From positions 1,675-65,674 of the forward strand of contig DASZZZ010000065.1 in the NCBI GenBank assembly GCA_036260375.1: 64,000 nt of DNA, read 5' to 3'. The notes under the pieces were generated by a model. It was not told where the DNA came from. It did no database searches and saw only the letters and a list, made by a program, of their open reading frames with translations. The stretch is from Actinomycetota bacterium. Lineage in GTDB: Bacteria > Actinomycetota > CADDZG01 > WHSQ01. A program made the translations under genes and the position numbers. Positions within the stretch are counted from its first letter, which is position 1. Each line of letters begins with the position of its first letter. This document shows, one piece after another, positions 27,992 to 36,320 of this stretch.

Positions 27992-29350
27992 ATGGGAATC
28001 GATCAACTAGAGCAGGGGCTGTCCGCACGAAGCTTTATCACGAACTTCGCCGAGCGGAAGCGCTATTCACGCGACATAACAGGTCGGTTCTCCGGCGTGC
28101 CGCAGGCCGTTGCGCGGCCGAAAAACCTAGAGGAAGTCTCGCAAATTCTTGGCGCCTGCAGCCGAGCGCGCGTGGGAGTCGTCCCTCGGGGTGGCAATAC
28201 CGGACTTGTCGGGGGCGCGATCGCCGTCGCCGAGGAGATCGTCGTAACGCTTGAACGCATGAATGGGATCACGGGGATCGACTCAGCTTCGAGGACGATC
28301 CTGGTGGAGGGGGGCGTGACGCTGGGAGCCGTTCGCGCACATGCACAAGCGAAGGGACTTGACTTTCCCATCGATTTCGCTGCCCGGGCTAGCGCCACGA
28401 TCGGCGGAATGATTGCCACTGACGCTGGCGGAGCGCTCGCGCTCCGGTACGGCTCGATGCGCGATCTGGTGGTCGCCCTCCAAGTCGCGCTGGCCGACGG
28501 CACCGTCATCGATCGTCTTGACCGACCGCACAAGGACAGCAGCGGTTTCGACTTGACGCGGCTGATCTGCGGGAGTGAGGGAACTCTAGGCATCGTGACA
28601 GCGGCGCGCCTAAAGCTTATTCCCCAAGCGAGCCATCGGATTGCGGCAATCCTCGCCGTGGATTCTCTCGAGGACGCGGTCATCGTTGCCGATTTGCTTG
28701 CGCGCGAATCCACGTCGCTTGAGGCGGCCGACTTCTTCCTGCAGTCTGGTTTGTCGATCGTGACGAAGCATACGAACCTGCCTCCATTGTTTCGCGAAGA
28801 GCATTCGGCTTTTCTCGTGACCTTGCACGCGGGCGATATGGATCCGAGTGAAGAGCTAGCAGATGTACTCCGCAGTTGTGACCGCGTACGCGATGCAGTG
28901 GTCGCGCAGTCATCGCAACGGATCCATACGTTGTGGAAATATCGAGAGATGCACAATGATGCCGTCAATGCCATGGGGATTCCGCACAAGTTCGATATAG
29001 CTGTTCGTGTCGAGCTCGTCCCTCTCTTGGTTGACGCGATCAACGCGTGGTTGGCCGCGGAGAGGCCGGACGCCGTTGCCATTTATTTCGGGCATCTCAT
29101 TGATGGGAACGTACATGTGAATGTCCTAGGGGCGGAGGTCGATGACGACGTCATGGAAGAGGCGGTGTTTCGTCTTGTCGTCGACATGAATGGAAGTATT
29201 GCGGCCGAGCACGGCATTGGTCAGGCGAAGAGCAAGTGGCTACACCTCGCCCGACCTGAAAGCGAAATCGAGGCGATGTACGCGGTCAAGCGTTCCCTGG
29301 ATCGGGAGGGCATCATGAACCCTGGGAAGCTCTTTCCAAACACGAGATGA
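27992..29350 (+). CDS. FAD-binding oxidoreductase (GlcD / D-lactate / D-2-hydroxyglutarate dehydrogenase-like, FAD_binding_4 + FAD-oxidase_C)
   Basis: VVPRGGNTGLVGG, TIGGMIATDAGG, SGFDLTRLICGSEGTLGIVT and C-terminal GSIAAEHGIG...MNPGK motifs. ATG 27992 follows GGTGAGGAAG. Confidence 0.85.
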   Translation: MGIDQLEQGLSARSFITNFAERKRYSRDITGRFSGVPQAVARPKNLEEVSQILGACSRARVGVVPRGGNTGLVGGAIAVAEEIVVTLERMNGITGIDSASRTILVEGGVTLGAVRAHAQAKGLDFPIDFAARASATIGGMIATDAGGALALRYGSMRDLVVALQVALADGTVIDRLDRPHKDSSGFDLTRLICGSEGTLGIVTAARLKLIPQASHRIAAILAVDSLEDAVIVADLLARESTSLEAADFFLQSGLSIVTKHTNLPPLFREEHSAFLVTLHAGDMDPSEELADVLRSCDRVRDAVVAQSSQRIHTLWKYREMHNDAVNAMGIPHKFDIAVRVELVPLLVDAINAWLAAERPDAVAIYFGHLIDGNVHVNVLGAEVDDDVMEEAVFRLVVDMNGSIAAEHGIGQAKSKWLHLARPESEIEAMYAVKRSLDREGIMNPGKLFPNTR

Positions 29351-29504
29351 ACGTGGATTACACGTGGGCGGAGCTCGTCTTCGCCCGGCGCACACTCTCG
29401 TCCGGTGCCCGCGCCTTGCGCCCGGCCCTCGGCGGGCGCCGAGACTCGCGTGACGGGATCGCTTGCGCCCGCACGGCGCCCGTCGTCCGGTAGGCTCCGC
29501 GCCC

Positions 29505-29969
29505 ATGACCCTTTCGTACCGGTTGCGCGTCGCGGGCGCGGCCCTGTGCGCCGCGGTCGCGCTGTCCGCGTGCGGCGACGACGCCGCGGAGCTCGGCACG
29601 GGTGCCGACTGCGAGCAGGGGCGCCGCGTCGAGCTGTCCGACGGGTTCGTGGTCGTCGACCAGGAGTGCGGCGACGGCGACGAGGCGCTCAGCGGCGCGA
29701 CGCTGACGATGCACTACACCGGCAAGCTCGAGGACGGCACCGTGTTCGAGTCGTCGCCGGAGGAGCAGCCGTTCACGTTCGTCCTCGGCGCCGGCGAGGT
29801 CATCGAGGGCTGGGACCAGGGCATCCGCGGCATGCTCGAGGGGGGCCGGCGCCGGCTCGTGATCCCACCCGAGCTCGCCTACGGCGAGGAGGGCCAGCCG
29901 CCGGACATCCCCGGCGGCGAGACGCTGACGTTCGACGTCCACCTCGTGCGCGTCGAGTTCGCCGAGTAG
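29505..29969 (+). CDS. FKBP-type peptidyl-prolyl cis-trans isomerase, probable lipoprotein
   Basis: Lipobox-like ALSAC after a hydrophobic N-terminus. The FKBP core reads MHYTGKLEDGTVFESS...FTFVLGAGEVIEGWDQGI.GM..GG.R.L.IPPELAYG. Confidence 0.9.
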   Translation: MTLSYRLRVAGAALCAAVALSACGDDAAELGTGADCEQGRRVELSDGFVVVDQECGDGDEALSGATLTMHYTGKLEDGTVFESSPEEQPFTFVLGAGEVIEGWDQGIRGMLEGGRRRLVIPPELAYGEEGQPPDIPGGETLTFDVHLVRVEFAE

Positions 29970-29974
29970 CGGCG

Positions 29975-30268
29975 ATGAGGCGGCACGCAGACGATCGTGG
30001 CGGCGCAGCCGCGCGGAGCCGGCCGGTCCACCTCGTCGCGCTCGTGTGCGTCTCGACCGTCGCCGGTTACGCGTTCGCGAGCGTCGTCCACGCACGCGTC
30101 CTGTCGCAGGGGTGTCGCGACGTCGTCGGCAGCTCGGTGTGCGCCGCGCCGTCGGTCCTCGGGCTCACCGTCGTCGCGGCGGTGGCGTCGTTCGCCGTCC
30201 TGCTCGCGATCAGATCCAGCACCAGCCGTCGGTCGGGCGGTCGGCGGCGTCGTCCTCGGTCCGGGTGA
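29975..30268 (+). CDS. hypothetical small membrane protein (97 aa, two TM segments)
   Basis: ATG lies 6 nt after the FKBP stop. High GC3 and two hydrophobic stretches. The 3' end overlaps the convergent pmt gene by 59 nt, which weakens the call. Confidence 0.35.
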   Translation: MRRHADDRGGAAARSRPVHLVALVCVSTVAGYAFASVVHARVLSQGCRDVVGSSVCAAPSVLGLTVVAAVASFAVLLAIRSSTSRRSGGRRRRPRSG

Positions 30269-31676
30269 CGGTGGCGCCGTCCGACGTCTCGACCGTCGTC
30301 TGCCTCTCGCGCGCGACGGGGTCGCAGTCGTCGAAGATCCAGATGCGCGCCTCCCACGCCGCGCGCGGCAACGGCTCCTTGGCGACGAGCGGGTAGTAGA
30401 AGCCGAACATCCCGACCGCCGCGGCCGCGAAGACGACCTGCGCGGCGCGCGCCTCCCACGAGCTGCCGATGCGCGCCGCAACGTAGCCGAGCGCGAGGCA
30501 CATGAACGGCACCGCCGGCAACAGGTAGAAGATGAACACCGCGCCGCGGCCCGCGGCGAGCACGAGCCACGGAGCGTAGCTGACGGCGAAGCCGGCGACG
30601 ACGACGGCCTCGGCCGAGCGCCACGTCCGCACGCGCGTCCAGCGCCACGCCGCGTACGCGAGCGCGAGCAACGACGACCACCACACGAACGGGCTCCCGG
30701 TCGCGAGCACCTCGAGGTAGTCGCCGTTCGGCGCGGTCTCGAAGAAGTACGACACCGGGCGGCGCAGCAGCGGCCAGCTCCACGGCGGCGACTGGTAGCG
30801 ATGGCTCGCGCTCGACAGACCCCGGTGCGACGAGTACATCTCCACCTGGCGGTCCCACAGCGCGCGCCACCACGAGTCGTCCGACCACGGCAGCGCCCAC
30901 ACCGCGCCGTCGAGGCGCGCCGCGTAGCTGGCGACGTAGACCGCGAGCGGCACGGCGACCAGCCACAGCGCGAGCCACGGCCCGGCCTCCGTGAGCGTCC
31001 GCCGCAGGGGCGCGCCGCCCCCGTCGTCGCGGCGCGCCGAGACCTCCCACGCGACGACGAGCAGCACGACGCCCGCGAGCACGAGCGCGCCGGACCACTT
31101 CGACGCGAACGCGGCCCCCGCGCACGCGCCCGCAGCTCCCGCCCACGGGCGCGCCCACCGGCGCCGCCCGCCGTCGCGGTCGCGGTCGAGCACCGCGCAC
31201 GAGAACGCCGCGACGCCGAACGCCGCGACGAAGACGTCGAGCATCGCGATGCGCGACTGCACGAAGTGCAGCAGATCGATCGCAAGCAGGCCCGACGCGA
31301 ACGCAGCGCCCACCGTCGAGCCGAGGACCCGGCGCGCGAGCACGTAGAGCAGTGCGACGGTCACGGTTCCCGCGAGCGCCGCGGCGACGCGCCACCCGAA
31401 GGCGTCGTAGCCGAAGAGGTCGATGCCCGCGCCGATGAGCCACTTCCCGAGCGGGGGATGGACGTAGTTCTCCTCGCCCGCGATGCCGCACGTCGACTCC
31501 GACGCGAGCGCGTACCAGCACGCGTCGCGCGCGTAGTACGTCTCGTCGAACATGATCGAGCGCGGGTCGCCGAGCCGCGCGAAGCGAAGCACGCCCGCGG
31601 CAAGCGTCACGGCGGCGACTGCGATCGTGTCGACGCGCGTCCACGCGCGGCGCCCTCGCGGCGCGGGCTCGGTCAC
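30210..31676 (-). CDS. pmt: dolichyl-phosphate-mannose--protein mannosyltransferase-like glycosyltransferase (GT39/PMT_2)
   Basis: Multi-TM protein with the N-terminal loop FDETYYARDA...YVHPPLGKWLI typical of bacterial PMT/GT39 enzymes. Start taken at GTG 31676. GTG 31709 is possible. The longer track ORF would overlap rsmI. Confidence 0.8.
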   Translation of the reverse strand: MTEPAPRGRRAWTRVDTIAVAAVTLAAGVLRFARLGDPRSIMFDETYYARDACWYALASESTCGIAGEENYVHPPLGKWLIGAGIDLFGYDAFGWRVAAALAGTVTVALLYVLARRVLGSTVGAAFASGLLAIDLLHFVQSRIAMLDVFVAAFGVAAFSCAVLDRDRDGGRRRWARPWAGAAGACAGAAFASKWSGALVLAGVVLLVVAWEVSARRDDGGGAPLRRTLTEAGPWLALWLVAVPLAVYVASYAARLDGAVWALPWSDDSWWRALWDRQVEMYSSHRGLSSASHRYQSPPWSWPLLRRPVSYFFETAPNGDYLEVLATGSPFVWWSSLLALAYAAWRWTRVRTWRSAEAVVVAGFAVSYAPWLVLAAGRGAVFIFYLLPAVPFMCLALGYVAARIGSSWEARAAQVVFAAAAVGMFGFYYPLVAKEPLPRAAWEARIWIFDDCDPVARERQTTVETSDGATVTRTEDDAADRPTDGWCWI

Positions 31677-31808
31677 GGCACGGCAGCTTAGTCGTCCGTC
31701 CGTGCGCACCGTCCGGGCCCACGGCGTCCGCGCCGCCTGCGGTTCCGGTTCGCGGCGCCGCGTTGCAATATGGGCGCTCCGGTACCCGTTCGAGCCGTGG
31801 AGGGCGCG

Positions 31809-32645
31809 ATGAGCGGCACCCTGGTCCTGTGCGGGACCCCGATCGGGAACCTCGACGACCTCGCCCCGCGCGCCGTCCGCACGCTCGAGACCGCCGACGT
31901 GATCGCGTGCGAGGACACGCGCAGGACCCGCAAGCTGCTCGCCCACTGCGGCGTCCGCGCGCGCGAGCTCGTCTCGTACCACGAGGGCAACGAGCGCCGG
32001 CGAACGCGGGCGCTCGTCGAGCGCGTCGCGCGCGGCGACACGGTCGTGGTCGTGTCGGACGCCGGTATGCCCGGACTGTCCGATCCCGGCTACCGGCTCG
32101 TGAACGGATGCGTCGCCGCGGGCCTCGACGTGCGCGTCGTGCCGGGCCCGTCGGCCGTGGTCAGCGCGCTGGCGATCTCGGGGCTGCCGCCGGGGCGGTT
32201 CGTGTTCGAGGGGTGGCTGCCGCGCAAGCCCGGCGAGCGCCGGCGGCACGTGGCGCAGCTCGCGGACGAGCGCCGGACGATCGTCCTGTTCGAGTCACCG
32301 CACCGCGTCGAGGACGCGCTCGCGGACCTCGTCGAAGGCCTCGGCCCGCGGCCCGCGGCGTTGGCGCGCGAGCTGACGAAGCTGCACGAGGAAGTACGGC
32401 GAGGGACGCTGCCGGAGCTGCTCGACGACGTGCGCGCCGACCCGCCGCGCGGCGAGATCGTCCTCGTCGTCGGCGGCGCGGTGCACGGGCATCGCGAGCA
32501 CGTCGGTCCCGACGAGCTCGCGCGCCGGGCGCGCGCGCTCATGGAATCGGGCGTTGAGCGGCGCGACGCGCTCGCGCGCGTCGCCGCGGACGCCGGGGTC
32601 CCGCGGCGCGCGGTGTTCGACGCGCTCGTCGGGGACGGGGGCTAG
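31809..32645 (+). CDS. rsmI: 16S rRNA (cytidine1402-2'-O)-methyltransferase
   Basis: GTLVLCGTPIGNLDDL...IACEDTRRT..LL...SDAGMPGLSDPG...VPGPSA are RsmI/tetrapyrrole-methylase-fold motifs. ATG 31809 follows GGAGGG. Confidence 0.9.
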   Translation: MSGTLVLCGTPIGNLDDLAPRAVRTLETADVIACEDTRRTRKLLAHCGVRARELVSYHEGNERRRTRALVERVARGDTVVVVSDAGMPGLSDPGYRLVNGCVAAGLDVRVVPGPSAVVSALAISGLPPGRFVFEGWLPRKPGERRRHVAQLADERRTIVLFESPHRVEDALADLVEGLGPRPAALARELTKLHEEVRRGTLPELLDDVRADPPRGEIVLVVGGAVHGHREHVGPDELARRARALMESGVERRDALARVAADAGVPRRAVFDALVGDGG

Positions 32646-32670
32646 CGGTGCCGGACGGTCGCGCCGGCGT

Positions 32671-32958
32671 TCAGCCGGCGACGACCTCGTCGCTCGGAAG
32701 GCGCAGCTCGATCTTCCCGCGCTTTCCGAGCTCGCCCGCGCACGCCTCGCACACCTTGCGGTCGCGGAACTCGATCGCGGGGTCCTGCGCGGAGCAGAAC
32801 AGGCAGACGTCGCGGCGCTTCTCGAGGATGACCTGCTCCCCGTTCACGCTGATCTCGAGCTCGTCGCCCTCGTGGATCCCGAACACGCGCCGGATCTCGG
32901 ACGGAAGGACGATTCGACCGAGCTCGTCGATCTTTCGCACGACGCCGGTAGACTTCAT
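32671..32958 (-). CDS. abrB: AbrB/SpoVT-family transition-state-type regulator with C-terminal CxxC...CxxC
   Basis: MKSTGVVRKIDELGRIVLPSEIRRVFGI is near-identical in pattern to the Bacillus AbrB N-terminus (MKSTGIVRKVDELGRVVIPIELRR). The C-terminus is CLFC-x14-CEAC. The start is ATG 32958 with AAGGGGA 5 nt upstream. Confidence 0.85.
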   Translation of the reverse strand: MKSTGVVRKIDELGRIVLPSEIRRVFGIHEGDELEISVNGEQVILEKRRDVCLFCSAQDPAIEFRDRKVCEACAGELGKRGKIELRLPSDEVVAG

Positions 32959-33005
32959 TCGCATCCCCTTGCCGGGTCATTGGTGATTGCTGGTAGAAGA
33001 AGCTC

Positions 33006-33035
33006 AGGTTAGTCCCGGCGAAATCGGCCAGTCAA
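33006..33035 (-). promoter_or_regulatory. candidate sigma-A-type promoter for abrB (TTGACT - 18 nt - TAACCT)
   Basis: On the minus strand, TTGACT is the reverse complement of 33030-33035 and TAACCT of 33006-33011. It sits in the locally AT-richer intergenic region about 50 nt upstream of the abrB start. Confidence 0.45.
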
Positions 33036-33044
33036 ACTCCGGGC

Positions 33045-33077
33045 GGGGCGACCTGGTCCCCCGAATTGGGGTTTTTT
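33045..33077 (+). promoter_or_regulatory. attenuator-like element in the metG leader: two mutually exclusive hairpins, the second followed by TTTTTT
   Basis: GGGGCGA (33045-51) pairs with TCCCCC (33057-62), with one bulge. This competes with CCCCG (33059-63) pairing with TGGGG (33067-71), which is followed by T6 (33072-77). The element lies 77 nt before the metG ATG. T6 runs are rare in this window. Confidence 0.35.
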
Positions 33078-33153
33078 CGAGTCCCCGGGACGGACCCGGG
33101 GGCCGGGTGCGCGGCGCGGCGCGGGCCCGGCGCGAGGCGCGGGAACGAGGACG

Positions 33154-34707
33154 ATGAGCGACGAGGTCTTCTACGCGACGACGCCCATCTACTACGTCAA
33201 CGCGGTGCCGCACGTCGGCAACGCGTACACGACGGTGGCGGCGGACTTCGTGTGCCGCTTCCGCCGCATGCAGGGCCGCCGCGTGCACCTCCTCACCGGG
33301 ACGGACGAGCACGGCCTCAAGGTCTACCGGAGCGCCGCGGCCCAGGGGCTCGAGCCCAGGGAGTGGGCCGACCAGATCGTGCCGCGCTGGGTCGAGGTGT
33401 GGAAGGCGCTCGACATCGCGTACGACGACTTCATCCGCACGTCGGAGGAGCGTCACGAGAAGCCGGTGCAGAGCTTCGTGCAGCGGCTCTACGACCGCGG
33501 CGAGATCTACCTCGACACGTACGAGGGCCTCTACTGCGTCGGCTGCGAGGAGTTCAAGCAGCCCGATCAGCTCGTCGACGGCAAGTGCCCGCTGCACGGC
33601 GTGGAGCCCGAGCGTGTCGAGGAGGACAACTACTTCTTCCGTCTCTCGAAGTACGCCGACCGGCTCGTCGAGCTCTACCACCGCAACCCCCCCTTCGTGC
33701 TGCCGGAGACGCGCCGCAACGAGGTCCTCGGCAAGGTGCGGGCGGGGCTCGAGGACCTGTCGATCTCGCGCACGAGCTTCGACTGGGGCATTCCGATCCC
33801 GTGGGACCCGAAGCACGTCATCTACGTGTGGGTCGACGCGCTCCAGAACTACATCACCGCGGCGGGCTACGACCGCGACGACGGCGAGTTCGAACGACTG
33901 TGGCCGGCCGACGTGCACTTCGTCGGCAAGGACATCCTGTGGTTCCACACGGTCATCTGGCCCGCGATGCTCATGGCGCTCGACCTGCCGTTGCCGCGCT
34001 GCGTGTTCGCACACGGCTTCCTGCAGGTCGGTGGCGAGAAGATGTCGAAGTCGAAGCTCACCGGGCTGTCGCCGCACGAGCTCATCGCGACGTTCGGCTC
34101 CGACGGCTTTCGCTACTACTTCATGCGCGAGGTCTCGTTCGGTCTCGACGGCGACTTCTCGTGGGAGGGAATGGTCGCGCGCTACAACTCCGACCTCGCC
34201 AACGACCTCGGCAACCTCGCGTCGCGCGTGCTCAACATGATCCGTCGCTACGTCGACGCGACGGTTCCCGAGCCGCCCGGACACGACGAGGCGACCGCCG
34301 CCGACGACGCGCTGCACGACGCGCACGCGCGCGCGCTGGCGGGGATGGAGCGAGCGATCGACGACTTCGCGCCGCACGAGGCGCTGAAGGCGGCGTGGGG
34401 GTTCGTCCGCAAGGCGAACGCGTACGTCGAGGAGGTCGCGCCGTGGACGCTGGCGAAGGACGCGGCCAACCGCCGCCGGCTCGAGGTCGTGCTGTACGAG
34501 CTCGCGGACGCGCTCCGCCTGCTCGCGCTGATGGTGGCGCCGATAACGCCGCGCGCGGCGCAGGAGCTGTGGCGCAGGCTCGGCCTCGAGGGCTCGGTGG
34601 AGAGCCGGACGTTCGACGCCGATGCCCGCCCGGGCCTGCTGCCTGCCGGCGCGCGCGTCGAGGTCGGCGCGCCGCTGTTCCCGCGCATCGACGACGCCGG
34701 AGGCTGA
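33154..34707 (+). CDS. metG: methionine--tRNA ligase
   Basis: The class I signatures are present: HVGN (HIGH-type, PHVGNAYT) and KMSKS. 517 aa. Confidence 0.95.
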   Translation: MSDEVFYATTPIYYVNAVPHVGNAYTTVAADFVCRFRRMQGRRVHLLTGTDEHGLKVYRSAAAQGLEPREWADQIVPRWVEVWKALDIAYDDFIRTSEERHEKPVQSFVQRLYDRGEIYLDTYEGLYCVGCEEFKQPDQLVDGKCPLHGVEPERVEEDNYFFRLSKYADRLVELYHRNPPFVLPETRRNEVLGKVRAGLEDLSISRTSFDWGIPIPWDPKHVIYVWVDALQNYITAAGYDRDDGEFERLWPADVHFVGKDILWFHTVIWPAMLMALDLPLPRCVFAHGFLQVGGEKMSKSKLTGLSPHELIATFGSDGFRYYFMREVSFGLDGDFSWEGMVARYNSDLANDLGNLASRVLNMIRRYVDATVPEPPGHDEATAADDALHDAHARALAGMERAIDDFAPHEALKAAWGFVRKANAYVEEVAPWTLAKDAANRRRLEVVLYELADALRLLALMVAPITPRAAQELWRRLGLEGSVESRTFDADARPGLLPAGARVEVGAPLFPRIDDAGG

Positions 34708-34713
34708 CCGCCG

Positions 34714-35496
34714 ATGACTGCGACGGCGCGCGCGGTGTGGTTCGACACACACTGCCACCTCCACCTGTGCGATACGGCGCCCGCGGGCGAGCTCGTCGGG
34801 CGCGCGCGCGACGCGGGCGTGGCCGACGTCGTCACCGTGGGCATCGACGTCGGCTCGAGCCGCGCCGCGGTCGACATCGCGGAGCGCCACGGGGTCTACG
34901 CGGCGGCCGGCATGCATCCCAACTCCGCGACCGCGTGGGACGACGCCGCGGCCGAGGCGATCGCGTCGCTGCTCGTACGCGCGTGCGTCGTCGCGGTCGG
35001 GGAGACCGGGCTCGACTTCTACCGCGACGCGTGTCCGCCGGACCGCCAGCGCGCCGCGTTCGAAGACCACGTACGGCTCGCGCAGGAGCACGACAAGGCG
35101 CTCGTGATCCACACGCGCGCGTCGGTGGACGACGCGCTCGAAGTCCTCGAGCGCGTCGGACCCCCGGCGCGCCTCGTGTTCCACTGCTGGTCCGGCGACC
35201 GAAACGCGTTGCGACGCGCGCTCGCGCTCGGCGCGTACGTCTCGTTCGCCGGGAACCTCACCTTCCCGAGCGCGGCGGACCTGCGCGGCGTTGCGGCGGA
35301 GGTCCCGCCCGAGCGGCTCGTGGTCGAGACCGACTCCCCGTACCTCGGCCCCGTGCCGCGCCGGGGACGGCCCAACGAGCCGGCCAACGTGGAGCACGTC
35401 GGCCGCGCCCTCGCCGCAGCCGTCGCCATGCCCACCGAGGAGGTCGCCGCGCTGACGACGCGCAACGCGCGCCGCCTCTTCGGCGTCGCGCCGTGA
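34714..35496 (+). CDS. tatD: TatD-family metal-dependent hydrolase/DNase
   Basis: FDTHCHLH at the N-terminus, GETGLDFY, and later His/Asp ligands (VIHTR, FHCWSG, VETDSPY). Confidence 0.9.
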   Translation: MTATARAVWFDTHCHLHLCDTAPAGELVGRARDAGVADVVTVGIDVGSSRAAVDIAERHGVYAAAGMHPNSATAWDDAAAEAIASLLVRACVVAVGETGLDFYRDACPPDRQRAAFEDHVRLAQEHDKALVIHTRASVDDALEVLERVGPPARLVFHCWSGDRNALRRALALGAYVSFAGNLTFPSAADLRGVAAEVPPERLVVETDSPYLGPVPRRGRPNEPANVEHVGRALAAAVAMPTEEVAALTTRNARRLFGVAP

Positions 35497-36320
35497 CGGC
35501 CCCTCCGCTGCTCGGCGCGCGCCGGCTGCGCGCGCTCCTCGACGCCCACGGTGTGACGCTCCGCAAGCAGCTGGGCCAGAACTTCGTCGTCGACCCGAAC
35601 ACGATCCGCAAGGTCGTCGCCGCCGCCGCCATCCGTCCGGGCGACCGCGTCCTCGAGATCGGCGCGGGGGCGGGATCTCTGACGCTCGGGCTCGCCACAG
35701 CGGGCGCGCGCGTCGTCGCGCTCGAGGTCGACGCACGGCTGCTGCCGGTCCTGCGCGACGTCGTCGGCGGCCGCGGCGACGTCGAGATCGTGCACGCCGA
35801 CGCCCGTACCGCCGACCTCGACGCGTTCGGCGCCCGGCGCGTGGTCGCGAACCTCCCCTACAACGCCGCCGCGACGATCGTGTTGCGCGTCCTCGAGGCC
35901 GCGCCGGGGATCGACGACCTCACGGTGATGACGCAGCTCGAGGTCGGCGAGCGCCTCGTCGCGCGTCCGGGCGACGACGCGTATGGACAGACGAGCGTGT
36001 TCGTGACCTACTGGGCCGACGCGACGCTCGGTGGCAGGGTGTCGCGCCGTGCGTTCTTTCCCGTCCCGGGAGTCGACTCCGTGCTCGTGAGGATCGTCCG
36101 CCGTCGTTCGCACGTGCCGATCGATCGTGCGCTGCTGTTCGACGTCGTGCGGGCGGCGTTTTCACAGCGGCGCAAGACCCTGCGCAACTCCCTCGCCGCG
36201 CGCGCGGGCGGCGTCGACGCCGCGGCCGCGGCCGCGTTGCGCGCCGGCGTGGATCCCGCGGCGCGCGCCGAGGACCTCGGGCTGGAGTCGTTCGTCGCGC
36301 TCGCGAGGGCGCTGTCGTGA
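35493..36320 (+). CDS. rsmA: 16S rRNA (adenine1518-N6/adenine1519-N6)-dimethyltransferase
   Basis: LGQNFVVD, VLEIGAGAGSLT, ANLPYN and FSQRRKTL motifs of KsgA/RsmA. GTG 35493 overlaps the tatD stop (GTGA). Confidence 0.9.
   Translation: MTAPPLLGARRLRALLDAHGVTLRKQLGQNFVVDPNTIRKVVAAAAIRPGDRVLEIGAGAGSLTLGLATAGARVVALEVDARLLPVLRDVVGGRGDVEIVHADARTADLDAFGARRVVANLPYNAAATIVLRVLEAAPGIDDLTVMTQLEVGERLVARPGDDAYGQTSVFVTYWADATLGGRVSRRAFFPVPGVDSVLVRIVRRRSHVPIDRALLFDVVRAAFSQRRKTLRNSLAARAGGVDAAAAAALRAGVDPAARAEDLGLESFVALARALS

Larger units (their letters stand above)
25430..29360. other. compositionally distinct (low-GC) island immediately 3' of tRNA-Ala
   Basis: Hand counts of 60-nt lines gave 53% (26401) and 58% (28561) inside, against 68% (25201) and 83% (29521) outside. 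Codons ending in A/T are common only here. The island contains three genes and an about 490-nt non-coding or decayed stretch. No integrase and no clear direct repeat. Confidence 0.7.

Noticed and set aside
29350-29470. Possible att-type direct repeat of the tRNA-Ala 3' end at the right island border
   Set aside because: The best match I could see by eye is CTCTcGTCC (about 29395-29403) against CTCTGGTCC of the tRNA. That is too short and imperfect to distinguish from chance without a computed alignment.
32965-33153. T-box riboswitch upstream of metG
   Set aside because: There is no match to the conserved T-box 14-mer or an AUG specifier-loop context. This is reported instead as an unclassified attenuator-like hairpin.
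33004-35736. 910-aa minus-strand ORF, and the 1084-aa plus ORF 33066-36320
   Set aside because: Both are Arg-rich shadows of metG/tatD/rsmA. Only the last 275 codons of 33066-36320 (rsmA, from 35493) are real.
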